Of a stretch of 39,493 nt of DNA, positions 37,860 through 39,493 are shown in pieces. The notes beneath the pieces were generated by a model. That model saw only the letters and a list, made by a program, of their open reading frames with translations. It ran no database searches and was not told where the DNA came from. Each line of letters starts with the position of its first letter. Position 1 is the first letter of the stretch. The translations under genes and the position numbers were made by a program. The DNA lies in NCBI GenBank assembly GCA_040755455.1, contig JBFMAY010000013.1, positions 1 through 39,493 of the forward strand, read 5' to 3'. This DNA is from Thermodesulfobacteriota bacterium (GTDB lineage Bacteria > Desulfobacterota > Desulfobulbia > Desulfobulbales > SURF-16).

Positions 37860-38522
37860 ATGACGCCGCCGTATCGCATTGTGCTGGCCGATGATCATGC
37901 CATGTTCCGCCAGGGGATCAGGAATATTCTCGAAACCGTCGAGGGCCTTGCGGTGGTCGGGGAGGCGAGTGACGGACTCATGCTTCTTGACCTTTTACGG
38001 CAGGGAACCCCTGATATGGTGATTCTGGATATATCCATGCCCCATCTCCGCGGCCTTGAGGCAACCAGGGAGATTAAGATGATCTCCGCCGATGTGAAGG
38101 TGTTGATACTCACCATGCACAAGGACAAGGACTATGTTTATTCCGCCCTTTCAGCCGGGGCCGAAGGGTATCTGCTCAAGGAGGATGCGGATACGGAACT
38201 CTTTGCCGCCATTGAGAAAATCAGGAACAATGGCTGCTATATCTCGCCGCTCCTGTCCGGCGAATTCGCCTTTGATCTGGTGCAGGCCTCCCATAAGGGG
38301 GAATTGTCCTCCCTGTCCGATCCTCTGACCACCCGCGAACGGGAAATCCTGAAATTGATTGCCGAGGGCATCTCCAACAAGGAGATTGCCGATCTGCTTT
38401 ATATCAGTATCCGCACCGTGGAAAATCACCGCGCCAATATCATGCGCAAGCTCAACATCAAACAAACCGCCAATCTGGTAAAATATGCCATCAACAAAGG
38501 CTACATCCTGCCTAGTAAATAA
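37860..38522 (+). CDS. NarL/LuxR family response regulator
   Basis: LADDH, LDISMP, GYLLK; HTH LTTREREILKLIAEG.SNKEIA..L.IS.RTVENHRANIMRKL. Confidence 0.95.
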   Translation: MTPPYRIVLADDHAMFRQGIRNILETVEGLAVVGEASDGLMLLDLLRQGTPDMVILDISMPHLRGLEATREIKMISADVKVLILTMHKDKDYVYSALSAGAEGYLLKEDADTELFAAIEKIRNNGCYISPLLSGEFAFDLVQASHKGELSSLSDPLTTREREILKLIAEGISNKEIADLLYISIRTVENHRANIMRKLNIKQTANLVKYAINKGYILPSK

Positions 38523-38559
38523 AGAAAAATCTTTTTGAAACCTGCTGTTGTCTCGCTCC

Positions 38560-38652
38560 TAGGTACTAATACCCACCTGTTAATAGGTAGTTCGCCTGAT
38601 TGTTTCTTGAGTAGTTCAGCTGATTGTTTCTATGGCCGGCAAGGCGTAGAGT
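38560..38652 (+). promoter_or_regulatory. Three 24-bp-phased boxes plus overlapping sigma-70 promoter
   Basis: TAGGTACTAATACCCA (38560), TAGGTAGTTCGCCTGATTGTTTCT (38584), TGAGTAGTTCAGCTGATTGTTTCT (38608); then TTGTTT-17 nt-TAGAGT. Confidence 0.65.
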
Positions 38653-39094
38653 TGCATACAAACGGGGATCTTTTCGAGTTCGAGAAACATTCCAGTAAAG
38701 CGGCTCGAACCTGCGGCTCCACAGATCCTGATTTGCTTTTGCGCCCACAGGGCATCTCCTGGAATTTTCGGCCTGTTGCTTAGGCTGCACTAAACAGGGA
38801 GTTGCTGCAAAGCAGTTGCAATAAAACAAGGGACAGTTCGCCATGTCAACCATGGGAGCCTGGGCAGGGAGCGGACAAAAATCCGGCAAGGAGGTGAGGG
38901 AAAGGAAAAAAGATATGCGCGGTTTTTGGTTTTTGAGTCCTGCTGGCAGCTCTCAGAAGTATCGCATGGGGGAGATACGGAATTGAGGTAGATGGGTGCT
39001 GAAGGCAGCAAGGCGAGCCCGGAATGGGCGCCTGAAGGTTCTGGCAACACAAAGAAATAATTAACCTAAGACAATTTTGAAGGCGGATAAACAG

Positions 39095-39493
39095 ATGATT
39101 AAACGTACAACTATTCTCATGACAACGGCATTCATGTTCGTAACTCTACCAGGTGCTGCAGTTGCTGGTGACCAGGACCGGGATCAAAAACAACTTAAAG
39201 ACGGCTCCTGCTTGCCGTACAGCACGGATGTCAGCGGCAGCTTTAATCTTGCCGGTGACCGTGACCAGGATCGGACAAAAGATCAGGACAAGCTTAAAGA
39301 CGGCTCCTGCCTGGATTACAGCACGGGTGCAGCCGGCGGATTCATTGTGGCTGATGATAAGGATCGACTGCGCGACGGAACAGGGGACGGAATTCCGGAT
39401 CGGCTTCGGGACGGCTCCTGCCTGGATTACAGCACGGATGTCAGCGGCGTATTTACTCTGGCCGGCGATGAACTGCGCGATGGAACAGGGGAC
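39095..39493 (+). CDS. Secreted Asp/Gly-rich repeat protein with L(K/R)DGSCL.YST repeats; truncated by the window edge
   Basis: Hand translation: MIKRTTILMTTAFMFVTLPGAAVA-GDQDRDQKQLKDGSCLPYSTDVSGSFNLA-GDRDQDRTKDQDKLKDGSCLDYSTGAAGGFIVA-DDKDRLRDGTGDGIPDRLRDGSCLDYSTDVSGVFTLA-GDELRDGTGD; open for 133 codons to the edge. Confidence 0.85.
   Translation, partial: MIKRTTILMTTAFMFVTLPGAAVAGDQDRDQKQLKDGSCLPYSTDVSGSFNLAGDRDQDRTKDQDKLKDGSCLDYSTGAAGGFIVADDKDRLRDGTGDGIPDRLRDGSCLDYSTDVSGVFTLAGDELRDGTGD

Noticed and set aside
38560..38631. 24-bp repeats as a mini-CRISPR
   Set aside because: The units are directly adjacent with no spacers, are degenerate, and no cas genes are present.
39160..39493. DNA repeats near the right edge as a CRISPR or non-coding array
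   Set aside because: They are in-frame repeats of an open reading frame that has a signal peptide.

Overview
A 39.5-kb, mostly GC-rich chromosomal segment. Gene content suggests a Desulfobacterota (Desulfobulbia-like) bacterium; this is inference, not a database result. The backbone is housekeeping: a PDT-ACT-TyrA fusion, cdaA-cdaR-glmM-tlyA, rpsT-trpEGDCF, an ECF sigma/anti-sigma/HtrA operon, HPr-EI, thiL-uvrB, adk, a K+ channel and a FapA/DUF342 protein. Accessory or regulatory parts are: a HigB/RelE-like toxin cut by the left edge, with an apparently leaderless promoter; a degenerate SNase-fold secreted protein; a PrsR-like regulator plus PEP-CTERM gene with three TGT-N11-ACA boxes and sigma-54 promoters; a DUF1998 helicase fused to a DEDD exonuclease; a sigma-28-driven 40-aa ORF; and several 7-mer/9-mer inverted tandem repeats and REP/MITE-like elements at gene junctions. 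The best candidate for an undescribed system is at the right end. There a PhnD-fold periplasmic protein with a Cys-substituted ligand cleft sits with a HisKA_3 kinase and a NarL regulator. These are followed by three 24-bp-phased boxes, a sigma-70 promoter and a secreted DGSC-repeat protein that runs off the window.
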